From Pseudogymnoascus verrucosus (lineage: Eukaryota), in assembly GCA_001662655.1 (NCBI GenBank), contig KV460221.1: 20,000 nt of DNA; one strand, written 5' to 3'. The notes below the pieces were generated by a model. The model worked only from the letters and a program-made list of their open reading frames with translations. It ran no database searches and was not told the origin of the DNA. Of this stretch, positions 1 through 11,357 are shown one piece after another; position 1 is the first letter of the stretch, and every line of letters starts with the position of its first letter. A program made the position numbers and the translations under genes.

Positions 1-107
1 ACGGCGCCGCGGTGTGGTGCTGGTGGCAGTGGTGGGGCAGGCAGGGGGAAAGAGGAGGAGCAGGAGATGGATGGTTGAAGATCTTCAAGTCCATCGTCGG
101 ATAGCAT
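1..107 (-). CDS. Possible N-terminus of an unidentified minus-strand gene running off the left edge (MLSDDGLEDLQPSISCSSSFPLPAPPLPPAPHRGA...)
   Basis: ATG at 107-105 in a GCC-ATG context, with an open frame to the window edge. It is preceded on the minus strand by ~1.2 kb of pyrimidine-rich leader containing splice signals. The peptide is too short to assign to a family. Confidence 0.35.
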   Translation of the reverse strand, partial: MLSDDGLEDLQPSISCSSSFPLPAPPLPPAPHRGA

Positions 108-698
108 GGCTTCCGGTGTCGTGGGATGGGGCACGTACGGGGAGGAGGGTTTTGGTGGAGTGGTGGAGGTGCTGCCTGCCTGCCGCCCCTTTTCGTATGC
201 GGGTGAGGATCCCTGGCGGCTGGGTGGTGAGGGTGCGGGCCGTGCGTGCGTTGGTGGGTGGTGGCGGGTGGGTGATTAGTGGTGCGGCGGACTAGGAGGA
301 GGATGGGGATGGGAATGGGAATGGGGATGGTAGGGCAGATCTATGCTGTAGATGCAGGGAGGTTGGAAAATGGGTGAGCGAGCGAGCAAGGCAGCAGGGC
401 AGATTGGAGAAGTAGAGTGGGCAAAATTGTAAGAGTAGGACGGGAATGAGGGATTGGACAAGGGGGTTGGGGGGGTCAATAGAGGCAGGCAGGCAGATTG
501 AGATGCAGAATGTAGGCTGAAAAAAGAGAAGAGGGTAGATCCGGAGACGCATGGTGAGAAGGGGGCTGAAGGCTGAAGGTTGAAGGGGGTGAGCGTAAAG
601 CACAGGGCAGATACCAAATGCAAGATTGCTCAAACGGGACGAGAGTAGGGTAGGGCAGATCCGGAGATGCGAGTTTGCTGGGGGGCAGGGGGGAACGG

Positions 699-716
699 AA
701 AAAAAAAAAAAAAAAA
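699..716. repeat. Poly(A) homopolymer (A18)
   Basis: Read directly from the sequence. Confidence 0.95.
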
Positions 717-789
717 TAGAGATACCAGGCCAGGGCAGGCAGGGCAGGGTAAGATGGAGAAGAGGGCATCATCATACATACTTCCAGGG

Positions 790-1239
790 CTGAAATTAGA
801 CAACCAGAAGGAAAGCGGCAAGGTTAGGGAGGAGGGCAAGGCGAAGAAAAATAAGCAAGTCTACACGACACAGCCAGTTCTGGCAGAGTGGAGATGAGGT
901 GCTATTGCTATTGCTATAGATAGGACAGGACAAGGCACGGTACAATAAAAAATCACCGATCACTCACCGAGCGACTCCGAATATCGGGTCGATTTACAGT
1001 ATACAGTATACGAAATACCACCCTACCCCCCCTTCCCCCCCGATCCCAGCCAGATAGACGGGATCGACATACATCTCGTCTCTCTTCACCCAACAAGGAC
1101 CCAAGATCGTCCGCCGCGCTTTCACCCAGCTGTTCCCCGCGAAACATGGATCCACAGCTAGAGTAGTATGACAGGGCAAAGCAAGACGGAACTGTGAGAG
1201 TGAGAGAAATACTGTGTAGATCGGCCGCCTGGGACTTAC
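790..1239 (-). other. Putative 5'-UTR intron of the left-edge gene
   Basis: Minus strand donor CG|GTAAGT at 1239, branch-like CTAAC (~823-827) and CTAAT (~795-799), acceptor TTTCAG ending at 790. Confidence 0.45.
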
Positions 1240-2121
1240 CGAAGTAGTGTACTGTAAGTAGAGAAATATGGAGGACAGACAGTGACAGGGAAGAGGGCAA
1301 GAGGACAAGAGACCCACCCCCCAAAAGATCGACACGCCCCCTCCCCAAACTCTCAGGGGCACAACGACAAAAACGACACGGACGGCGCAAACCGGGCCCC
1401 GGCAACCCCCAGGACGCCGTGTGGCGTCGGTGACAGGAGTCCGTCTGGTTCCGGTGCGAGGTTTAGTGTGGGTGTAGCGTCGTATTGCGGTATACGGTAG
1501 CGATGGCGGCTTGCTGTGGGACTGGACTAGAATCTGTGTGGTTTGGTGGTATTTTGGGGAATTGGTAATTTCCGCAACTGCTAGGGATGGGGGTGAGTGC
1601 CGTGCTTGGCTGTGCGTGGGAAGGGGGGTAGGGGATGATGATAAGGGGGTTTCTTTTCTTTTTTTTTTCTTTTGGTTTTAGGGGATATCTAATTGTCGGC
1701 TTTGGTGTAGGTAGAGTTGCTTGTAGTCATTGTTGCAGACTGGCAATTCTAGGCGACGGTTCTAGACCTAACGGATACAAGGCGTTTTGGGCGACGATGA
1801 TGGCCTCACGCGCTCCGTCGTAGGACCTGCGTACGACCACTGTGAAATAAGGGTATATTCCAGTAAGGTACTAAGAGAGACTTTGATGCCGACGTCAACC
1901 TACTGCTTATTACGAAGACATCAACTGTATGTTATTATCACCACCAAAGCTTCATCGATTTGGGTTTTATTTTTATTTTATTAGAATTAGCTAAAGCTGT
2001 CTACCTCTGATCCTCTCACAGAACAGAATGTAAACCTGCCCAACAATTCTCACCACCTCATCCCCTCGTACAATCCGCTTCAAATATCCGTCGTCTCAAG
2101 CAAGTGATTAGCACCCCCAAA

Positions 2122-2327
2122 CTCATACACACACCATTAAACATTACCCCCCGTATATATCCATCCATACACACCTGACTCCATCGCCTCAAAACAAAGT
2201 GATAGTCCTCCACAAATACTCACACAAACCCCTTCAAAAAACCTCATACAAAAACGAGCAACCCCCCATTAAAAAACTCACACAAAAAAATATAGCCGTC
2301 CCCATCAAAAATCTCATACAAAAAAAA
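2122..2327 (-). repeat. Degenerate ~35-nt tandem repeat / motif array (CTCAYACA x5) in the kinase 3' UTR
   Basis: CTCAYACA at 2122, 2219, 2243, 2277 and 2313, flanked by A-tracts. The last three copies are spaced 34 and 36 nt apart. Confidence 0.8.
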
Positions 2328-2428
2328 TAAGGGGAACCGCATCGAAAGGCCAGCAGCAGCTTGACGACTTCAAAATCCGCGAGTTCCAAAAATAGTGTTG
2401 AATTGATTGCCCTGCGATGTGCGAAAAA

Positions 2429-5400
2429 TTAAGCGCTCGTCAGGGTCTTGATCATCATTCTCCTCTTGCGCTCCTCGCCGACCAACAGTCCGCGGGTCTG
2501 GAAGACAGATTCCATCGTAGCAACGACTCTGTGGAAGCTGCTCGCCGCGCCGGCCTCCTGGGACAGTCTGGCGATGCTAAGGCGGTTTCTCTTGCCGTGC
2601 TCAATGACGGTCAGGAACTCGATCGCGAACGACACTACCTTGAGCTCGAGATCTAAATTTGATGGTTAGCTACAGTCTCATCAGATGCGGCAGCGGGGGG
2701 GGGGCCTTACAGTTGACGGGAGCGACTTTGCCGAACACGAGGTTGGCTGGCTTGTTGACGACGACGTCCTTGATGCCGAATTGTCTCCAATCCTTCAGGA
2801 GCTGGGCGACTTCCTGGCGGGCGCGGCGCTTCGTAAGGTTGAAGCACAAGTAGCTCGTGGCGGGCTTGACGAGGAAGAGACGCGCGAGCCAGTTCTGCTG
2901 GGGCTCGATCTGGCGGGATGGGTCGTCGCGGTAGTTTACCAGCTTGGGTTGGTAATAGTTCACATCGTCGCCGATGGATTCGGTGCTCCTGTTGTCATTG
3001 TACAACTTGAATGCTGCTTTTGTGTTAGTAGATGTGGTAAAGGGGGAAATATTTGTGAACTTACCTCCAAGTGGCAGGCCCTCCTCTTCCTTGGGGCCGA
3101 ACTTCTTCAAGAGATTGCCAAGGTTGAAACCCTTCTTCTTTGGGTCGGGGAGACAATTCGGGTTGATCTCTACTTCTCCGGGTGCGAACTGGCTGTCCTC
3201 TTGCTTGGAGTCACGCTTGTACCAGGCGGTCTTCTTCTTCTTGGTGGTGCCGAAACCAGTACGCTTAACACCATCATATCTGAATGGGTCGACATCGTTC
3301 TTGCTCTTTCGGCCTTTAGACTCGGTAGAGAAATTTGGTGCGAGCTGCTCAAACTTGGTGAACGTATCTTTGGCGGCATTCAAAGCGCCAGTCATCAATG
3401 GCGTCTCCACCGGCAGCGGAGGCAGGGGCTGGGTCGGAGGTGGAGTCGGAGGTGGAGCTGGCCTCTTGACCTTGCGAATATTAAGAGGTGCTGGCATCTT
3501 GACTGGGCTCGAGGAGAGAGGCACAGCTCTAGCAGTGACTGGACGATGGTCAGGATTCGTAACCACGAGCTCACGCTCGTTGTATCTCCCATTGTAGGGC
3601 TCGGGAGCAGATCCCATTCGGTGAGAAGCCACTCTGTTCGTACGCTCACGATGAAGGTATTGCCCATAGCCATCGCTACGCTCCGATGTTCTGGCGCGAG
3701 AGTAGTTCTGCGGGTTTGGCAATGGCCTCGGACCCTCGATACCTCTACCACTCGTGGTGGTTGGGTTTGGAGCTGAGGTGGTTCTTCTCTCACCTTCGCT
3801 CAGGTAAGTCTGGTTTGGCAGCATGAGGCGATCAATGTGGGAGACCATCCGATTGATGTAACGAGGAGAGTGGACTCCATCGCCGGTGACTTTGCGGCTG
3901 TGAGCAGCTCTACGGGCCTCAACAAGCTCTTCTTCCACAGACTCGGATCTCTTCGGTGGGACTGGCAATGGTCTGCTCTCATACACCGACTGGCGGCCAA
4001 TTGGATTTGCGGCTTCCCACTGTTTCAGTTGGAAGAGCGATGGATCGGTGTCCGTATTTCCGCGTTCGAAGGACGTGAAGGGCGTAGAGTAGTGGCTATC
4101 AGAGCCGTAATCAGCTGAGCTTGAGAGCATCGACAAACCATGCGATCTATTGAATGCTTCATCACAATCTTTCGCCAAGCTGCTGCTCACCTGGCGCACA
4201 TCCTCTTGGGCACGTCTGTAAGCCTGAGGCAATGGATGAGCAACTGTACCCGCCTCCTTTCGGGATCGGAGCTGTGCGATCACATTTGGTGAATCCTCGG
4301 GAACTTCTTCCATGAGCTTGGAGCGCAGTCTATTTCTCTCATTGGCCTCGGTCTCGGATACAGTTCGCATAGCCGGGTGACGCATGTTGGTGAAGCTGAC
4401 CCCACGCTTGTATCTCTGCCCAGCGCGAACAGGGTTGCCTCCACTCTTCGTAGAGCTTGCAAGAGAGCTGCGTGAGGCATAGACTCTGGGGCGAGCCAAA
4501 CCTGGTTGCATTGCGTAGCGATTGCTCGATCTTGAGCCTCCCACACGGGAGATCTGTGTATCCTCCTGGAGACGGGAGATGGGGTTGCGGTGAATGACAA
4601 CCTTGGCATGTGTGGTTCCGTTCATTGTAAGATTCTGGTGTCTGGAATCTTTGAACGGATCGTAGCTCTTGACGGTCTCTCCAGACTCAGTCTCGGCATA
4701 GCCGCTGCTCTTCCTAGCATGGCCTCTCTCGACTCTCTCGCCGGTGTTGCTGACGACAGTGAATTTCGAGATCTGTCGTTTGTAGCCATTGGGGCCTGGG
4801 CCTGTTTGGGTAAACTGGCGAGTAGAGAGCTTCTTGATTTTTGAAAGAGGGCGGACATGGTGGTAGTCGCTGTTGGAATAGCCAATTTCAGGTGTATAAT
4901 TCTCCAGCTGATTGTCACGGTGCTTCAGGAAAAGGCCATAAAAGAGCTTCTGGTCGTTCGGGTTGTCATCCAAAAGCAAGGTCACGAGCTGTTTATCTTC
5001 AAATTGATGCCACAAAGACTTTAGATGGCGCATGATCTCTTTGTCGATGTCGCTCACTCTATCAACTGGGCGCTCACAATATTGAACGTCAGGTGATCTG
5101 GGATTGATACCTCCTCTGTAGGTATCGAGATACTCATACTTCTTGATGAGAGGGTGTCTCCAGATCTCGTTTATGCTAATTCTCTCACGAGGATCAACCT
5201 GCAGCATGCGCTTAATGAGATCAGCTGCTTCTGGTCCAATGGCATTGGCCATCCGATAATTGCCTTTTTGGATAGCTTGGAGAAGGCGTGGCACAGATGG
5301 GTGGTCGAATGGCAGGCGTCCTGACAAGGTAGCATAGAGGATAATACCCATGCTCCAAATATCAACTTTGTCACCTCTATATGGGACTGCCTTGATGACT

Positions 5401-6384
5401 TCAGGTGCCGCATAGTGAGGGCTTCCACAAGAAGTGACGAGGCGGTGCTCGGGGGTTTGCTGGAGAGCAGCCATACCAAAGTCTGCAATCTTGATCTGGC
5501 CATCCTTGGTGAGAAGGATGTTCTCTGGCTTGAGATCACGATGGCAAATGTTGAACTGGTGGCAGTATGACACCGCACTCATAAGCTGTCTGAAGTATTT
5601 CATTGCTTCTTCTTCAGGTAAAAGCCCACAAATGCTGATGTGGTCAAAGAGCTCGCCATTGTCGACATACTCAAGGACAAGGTAGCTGATGACTGTTAGC
5701 GGTGGCACATTTATGACGGGTGCAGAACTATACTCACATCTCGGTACGATTCTCCCAGATATCATATAGTCTCATGATATGAGGGTGCTCAATGAGCTTC
5801 ATGATGGCAACTTCTCTCTCGATGCCATATGGCATTCTGCGGTTCTCGCCTGAATCTTTCACCTTTGCATCTTTCTTGTTGAGAGATGCCAGACTACCAG
5901 CCTGTGACAACAGTGCACTTTTCTTCTGCACGATCTTGACTGCTGCTGGCTGGCCGGTAACAGCGTGCTTTGCCATTCTAACTCTCGCAGTTGCACCCTT
6001 GCCCAAGGTCTTCCCAAGATGCCATGGTCCAATGTGTGTTTTGCGGCGTCTCTTGCCATCCGATGCATTGGTGGAGGCGTTTGAAATCAGAGAGTCTCGG
6101 TTGGGTCTGTGAACTCCATCCCCATTTGCGATGGCAGATAGGCGAGGGTCAACGGCATTAGTGGGGCGAGGAGTTATGATAATTTTGCGTTCTTGCACCG
6201 ATTCGGTGTCTGACTTGTTGTAAGTGTTTTCTTCCTCATAAATTGCTCTACCATTGTGAGCCATTGTTTCTGGTATCTTGCCCAGCGGCGAGGGATATGT
6301 TGTGCGAGTATTGTTGACGCGGGATGTGGCGTCCCCAAGAGGTGGCCGAGCAGTAGATGGCCGACGATAGTTTGAGGTGCTCAT
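2429..6384 (-). CDS. GIN4: Gin4/Hsl1/Kcc4/Cdr2 (Nim1-related, CAMKL) Ser/Thr protein kinase, ~1264 aa
   Basis: Exons 6384-5738, 5685-3065, 3013-2711, 2652-2429 (3795 nt, in frame). Introns are GT-AG with CTAAC branch sites (52, 51, 58 nt). Kinase motifs: HIGPWHLGKTLGKGATARV, AAVKIV, MPYGIEREVAIMKLIEHP, HRDLKPEN, DFG, TSCGSPHYAAPE. A long low-complexity middle is followed by a C-terminal KA1-like domain (QNWLARLF...FAIEFL...GAASSFHRVV). Confidence 0.93.
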
Positions 6385-6392
6385 GTTTCTTT

Positions 6393-6410
6393 TTACTTGT
6401 GCAGAGACAT
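6393..6410 (-). other. Short upstream ORF (MSLHK*) ending 8 nt before the kinase ATG
   Basis: Minus strand catc-ATG TCT CTG CAC AAG TAA, with A at -3. Confidence 0.6.
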
Positions 6411-6629
6411 GATGAAGGGGGGATAGGCAACGACAATGTAGCTTTCAGGCTTTGTGTCCTTGGACTTGGGTTCTGTATTGTTGGCCTTGAAGAAAATAGG
6501 GTGATGTTGTACACCGTCGTCGCTATGCCGACTGGTCGCTATGGCAGCGGCGATCTCCCAACGAAGACAAGAGAAACAATCAAAGCAGTCTATTTGAGAA
6601 GCTCCAATTGTATTGATCTGTATTTCTAT

Positions 6630-6739
6630 CTATGGTATTAGCAAGGAATGATCTTATTTACTAATTTCAGCATTGCAGTACTCAAAATGTTGACTGCTGA
6701 ATGTGAAGTTGGAATCGGTGATCTGTAATCAGTGCTTAC
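6630..6739 (-). other. Putative 5'-UTR intron of the kinase gene
   Basis: Donor AAG|GTAAGC at 6739, branch GCTAAT (~6642-6637), acceptor CATAG ending at 6630. Alternative AGs end at 6626 and 6618. Confidence 0.55.
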
Positions 6740-6820
6740 CTTCAGTCCCAGTCTTGGGCAGTATGCCCTTTGATAATTGCTTGCACTGAGTAAAGAGAAA
6801 GGTGGAATAAGGATTGATGG

Positions 6821-6839
6821 CACGTGACAAACACGTGAC
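6821..6839 (-). promoter_or_regulatory. Tandem GTCACGTG E-boxes (Cbf1/CDEI-type bHLH sites)
   Basis: CACGTGAC at 6821-6828 and 6832-6839, upstream of the kinase. Confidence 0.55.
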
Positions 6840-6917
6840 CAGATGAGGTTGTCGAGGAAGTTTGTGGTGTGGAGTGAGGGTATCGTGGTAGGGCAAAGAA
6901 AGGAAAGGTTTAGTGGG

Positions 6918-6925
6918 TTGTTTAC
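6918..6925 (-). promoter_or_regulatory. Forkhead-type site GTAAACAA
   Basis: TTGTTTAC on the plus strand. A second GTAAACA lies at 7441-7447. This fits a cell-cycle kinase, but the motif is short. Confidence 0.35.
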
Positions 6926-7719
6926 CTTCAATGTGAATTCGAACGCCGAAGCGAAGGGTACGGAGGAGGTCCAACAGATAATCCGAGTAAGTAGCCAGTA
7001 GGCAGACTTTGCCATATACACTTGTGCAGCTTCGATTCTTCCCATCCCATGACCAACTTACTAAGAATGCCCAGAAGGTTGGGGATGGTTTTGTAATACA
7101 GGGAACGATGATAGTCATGTGCAGAACAGTTACACTCTTCAAACTTGAGAGACTTCTCTATGGTGAAAAGGAAGTGCTTTATACTCAGCCATATACTGCA
7201 ACTACGGTGGTACCGTGCGTGGAACTCCTATCACTCTCTCCTCCAGTACGGTATGGAATCTCCCCGTAATTTGACATGAGAAGGGGGCAGCAAGGACCCA
7301 ACGGCAAAGAGAGCAGGATATCTCAATATATACAGACTATTCTCTATCCCATGCATACAATAATATATGAATATAGAAATCAACGACGAGTTGGACAAGG
7401 CGAGCATAAGCTGCATGGCCGTATCCTCTTCTAACCGTGCGTAAACAGAGATAGTAAAGAGACACAAAATACTACTCTGAGCACTACACAGAGTACATGA
7501 AAAATAACCTTAATAAATAATATAGAGTACCTACTACGTGGAATATTGCAATAAATTATAAAAGAAAATGACATACCGAGAACTGTCGTCGTCTCTAAAA
7601 TCTTGGCACTCTAAAGCGGTGTTCCTGGCCGCCCCACCAAAACTGTCCCCCTCGCTCGTCCGATGGTACGTACAGCCAATCATGCCCCACCACTTTCGGT
7701 GCCCTGCATCAAATCATCT

Positions 7720-7740
7720 ACGCGTCTCCTATCGCGTCTC
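7720..7740 (+). promoter_or_regulatory. MCB (MluI cell-cycle box)-like elements upstream of SMC5
   Basis: ACGCGT at 7720-7725 and TCGCGT at 7732-7737 (direct repeat CGCGTCTC), ~100 nt before the ATG. Confidence 0.55.
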
Positions 7741-7820
7741 TGGTGCCCCAAGCGCGATAACCTCAAAATTCAACGTCCGGGTAAAACATATTTGTTGCCT
7801 CATCGCCAAAACGAACAACG

Positions 7821-10800
7821 ATGCCGTCACTTTCGACAGGCAACCGTCGCCGGCGGGTGCCTGATCCCGAAAGTAGCGATGAAGGGGACGACTCTCCCGC
7901 GCCGACGAACTCCAGAGTGTCCGGCGCATCGAAACGCGCGAGAACAGGACTAGATTCTTCACAACTCTCTGACGACGGCCTAGATCAAAGCGCAATGAAT
8001 GGCATAGCTCTCCGTCAGAACGGAAATGGCCACAGCCAGGACGGATTCCAGCCTGGCGCAATCACGAGAGTCAAGGTCAACAACTTCGTTACCTACGAAG
8101 ACGCCGTTTTCAACCCAGGGCCCAACCTCAATATGGTTATTGGACCGAACGGCACAGGCAAGAGCTCGCTGGTCTGTGCGATCTGTATCGGCCTTGGGTA
8201 CGGTGCGGCCAACCTCGGACGAGCGGCGAAGTTCAGCGAATTTGTGAAGCACGGCAAGGACCAGGCTACGATCGAAATCGAACTACAAAGAAAACCCGAA
8301 GATCGCTCGAACTATATAATCAAAGTCCGCATTACAAGAGAAGGCGATAAACGGAAGTGGTGGATCAACGGTTCCGAAGCACCTTTGAAGAATGTACAAC
8401 AGTTGGTCAGAGGGCTTGGGATCCAGGTCGACAATCTGTGCCAGTTCTTGCCTCAAGACAGGGTCTCTGAGTTTTCTGGGCTTAGCCCAGTAGCGCTTTT
8501 GCATGAAACCCAAAGAGCTGCGGCGCCGCCCGAGATGCTTACATGGCATGACGAGCTCAAGAACTTACGAAAGAACCAGAAGGGAATCCAACTCAACCTC
8601 GAAACCGACGAAGAGACGTTGCGTACACAAGAGGAGCGCCAGGAAGGTCTTCGCGGCGATGTTGAAAGGTTGCAGGAGAGGGCTCAAATACAAGAGAAAA
8701 TCGCATTACTTGAATCGAGCGTCCCTTTCGTCGACTACAACGTTAAGAGACGTCATTATATTGAGTGCAGGGAAAGAGCAAGAGAAGCAAAGAATCAACT
8801 CGTAGCTCTAGAGGCAGAATTTGCCCCAACGGTGCAAGCAGTTAATAATAAGGAAGAGTACCATCGCCGAATCGACGTGGCTGTAAAGGAGCGGAAGAAG
8901 GATCTCCAAAATTCAGAGCGTGCGGCAGACAATTTCTTTGCGCAGGTCGAAGAAGCGAATGAGAGCATCAAGGAGCTGGAGCAGAAGGCCAAATCAGAAC
9001 GGGATGGAGAGCAGAAACGCAAACAGCAATATGCCGCCATAAAAGAAAAGATTGCCGCTTTGGAAGCCCAGTTGAAGAATGAGCCGCCAGCGTTTGATGG
9101 GCCGGAATGGAATGCCAAAATTGTAAGTTGCTCACCGATACAGAAGCGAAGCCAGATCTAACTATCTCCCATAGAGAGCTGAGGAGCATAAATGTCGCGA
9201 AATCGAAGCCGAGCAACGCCAGGTGACCGAGAAACGCGAGGATCTCGACAGACAAGGGCTTGATGTTAGAGCTCGTGTTGCTGAGAAGGAGCGGGAGCTC
9301 GCCACTCTCAACTCTCAGCAAGGTAAAAATATCAGCTTGCTCAGAAGTATTTCCAGAGATGCGGCAACGGCATGGGAATGGATTCAGGCAAATCGCAGCA
9401 AGTTCGAGAAGGATGTTTTTGGCCCACCACTCATTGAATGCAGGGTCAAGGACCCCCGATATGCCAATGCCATTGAATCTCTTTTCCAAAAGAACGATTT
9501 CATGGTCATCACAGCACAGACAAGCGCAGATTTCAAGATATTAGACGAACAGCTGCTGGGAGCCTCTAACCTCAGGCTTGCTGATATCAACTTGAGGACT
9601 GTATCTAGGAGCCTTGGCCAAGTCCGAAATTCACCTATGCCGACCCATGAGTTGGAGAAACTTGGCTTGGATGGATGGGCCTTGGATTACGTCGATGGCC
9701 CTGAGCCAGTCCTTTCAATGTTGTGTGGCGCCGTGAGGCTAGACAGAATTGCAGTGGGACTGAAAGATCTGAACGAGAGCCAGTATAATGCTCTCACATC
9801 GAGTGCCGTATCAACTTTTGTTACAGGACGTTCTCATTACAGTGTCCAGCGTCGCCGAGAATACGGCCCCGGAGCTACGTCAACGACCACAAAGTCTATA
9901 CAAAATGCTCGTTACTGGACCGGCCAGCCTATCGACACCAATGATAAGCATGAACTTGAGGAAACACTCAAAGGTTTGCGGGAAAACTTTGACGTCATGA
10001 AGGTTGAATCTGGTGGGCTAAAGGAGAAACTACGCGTGTTGGGCGAGCAAAGAAGTACCATCTTGGAAACAATAGTAAGTAAACCTGGCCCTCGTGCTAC
10101 CGGATTTTTTACTCACTATGTCTAGAAAATTCTCAAGGCCAAGAAGAATGAAGCACAGTTAATTGCCGGGCGGTTCCAAGCGCTACCAGGCAAAATAGGT
10201 ATGCCGGTCTATCCCCAATCGCTTTTGACACTCCTGCTAACGTGCTCACAGAGCGAGAGAAAGAGAACTTCCAAGCAGTGAAGCTAGTCAGTGACAACTA
10301 CCGTGCGCGGATGCGAGAGATCGAGGCTCAATCCGACGAGCTCGTCCTCAAGAAAAACGCCTTATCCATCGACTACAAAGCCCTCGTCCAAGGCATCCGC
10401 ACGGCGCATCTCTCCCTCCAAGAAGCCAAATTCCGCCTCATCGAAGCCGCCTCCGACGTCGAATCGCTCAAAGAGCACTCCTCCAACATCACGCGCCGCG
10501 TCCAGGAAGAGCGTCAAAACTACGAGCGCGCAAACGAAGAATACAAGAACGTCAAGGCGCAAGCCATCGCCGTCCACAACCAGTGCATATCCATCCTCGC
10601 CGAGGGGAACAACAAGGAGTACTTCGAGACCATCGATAAGGACCTCACCATCGAGCAACTAGAGCAGGATATCGACGCCGAGAAGTCAAAACTCGATTAC
10701 ATCCATGACGGCAACCCGGGCGCCCTCCGCGAATTCGAGACCAGACAAGCAACCATCGACCGCCTCACCGCGACTATCACCTCCGCGCGCGCCGAGCTCA

Positions 10801-11357
10801 CCTCAGTCGACGCCTCGATCGCATCTCTCCGCTCGCGATGGGAGCCCGAGCTAGACAAACTCATCGCCTCCATCAGCGCCGCCTTCGCGCACAATTTCGA
10901 GCAGATCGGCTGTGCCGGCGAAGTCGGCGTTCACAAGGACGAGGACTTCGACCTCTGGGCTATCGAGATCCGCGTCAAGTTCCGCGAGAACGAGACACTG
11001 CAGCAGCTGGACCAGCACCGTCAGAGCGGCGGGGAGCGCAGCGTCAGCACGATTTTCTACCTGATGGCGCTGCAGAGTCTGGCGAGGAGTCCGTTTAGGG
11101 TTGTGGATGAGATTAATCAGGGGATGGATCCGAGGAATGAGAGGATGGTGCATGAGCGGATGGTGGATATTGCGTGTAGGGAGCATACGAGCCAGTACTT
11201 CTTGATCACGCCGAAGCTGTTGACGGGGCTGAGGTATGATAGGAGGATGAAGGTGTTGTGTATTGCGAGTGGGGAGCATATGCCGAGGGATCACAGGACG
11301 CTGGATATTAGGTCGGTGATTGCGAGTCGGAGGGCGATTATGATGCCGGTGAGGTGA
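7821..11357 (+). CDS. SMC5: Structural maintenance of chromosomes protein 5, ~1126 aa
   Basis: Exons 7821-9122, 9175-10074, 10126-10198, 10252-11357 (3381 nt, in frame), with introns of 52, 51 and 53 nt. Motifs: NFVTY, Walker A GPNGTGKS, Q-loop NLCQFLPQD, coiled coils, signature QSGGERS, Walker B/D-loop PFRVVDEINQGMD, QYFLITPKLL. These are characteristic of Smc5. Confidence 0.97.

Noticed and set aside
14..1984. Short ORFs in the first 2 kb
   Set aside because: Low-complexity translations of purine/pyrimidine-skewed leader and intergenic DNA, many starting at non-ATG codons.
2685..3776. 363-aa plus-strand ORF antisense to the kinase
   Set aside because: No recognisable motifs; explained as the shadow frame of a codon-biased CDS.
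2670..5765. 1031-aa ORF taken as the complete kinase
   Set aside because: Its N- and C-termini are out-of-frame or intron-derived. The spliced model restores subdomains I-IV and the KA1-like tail.
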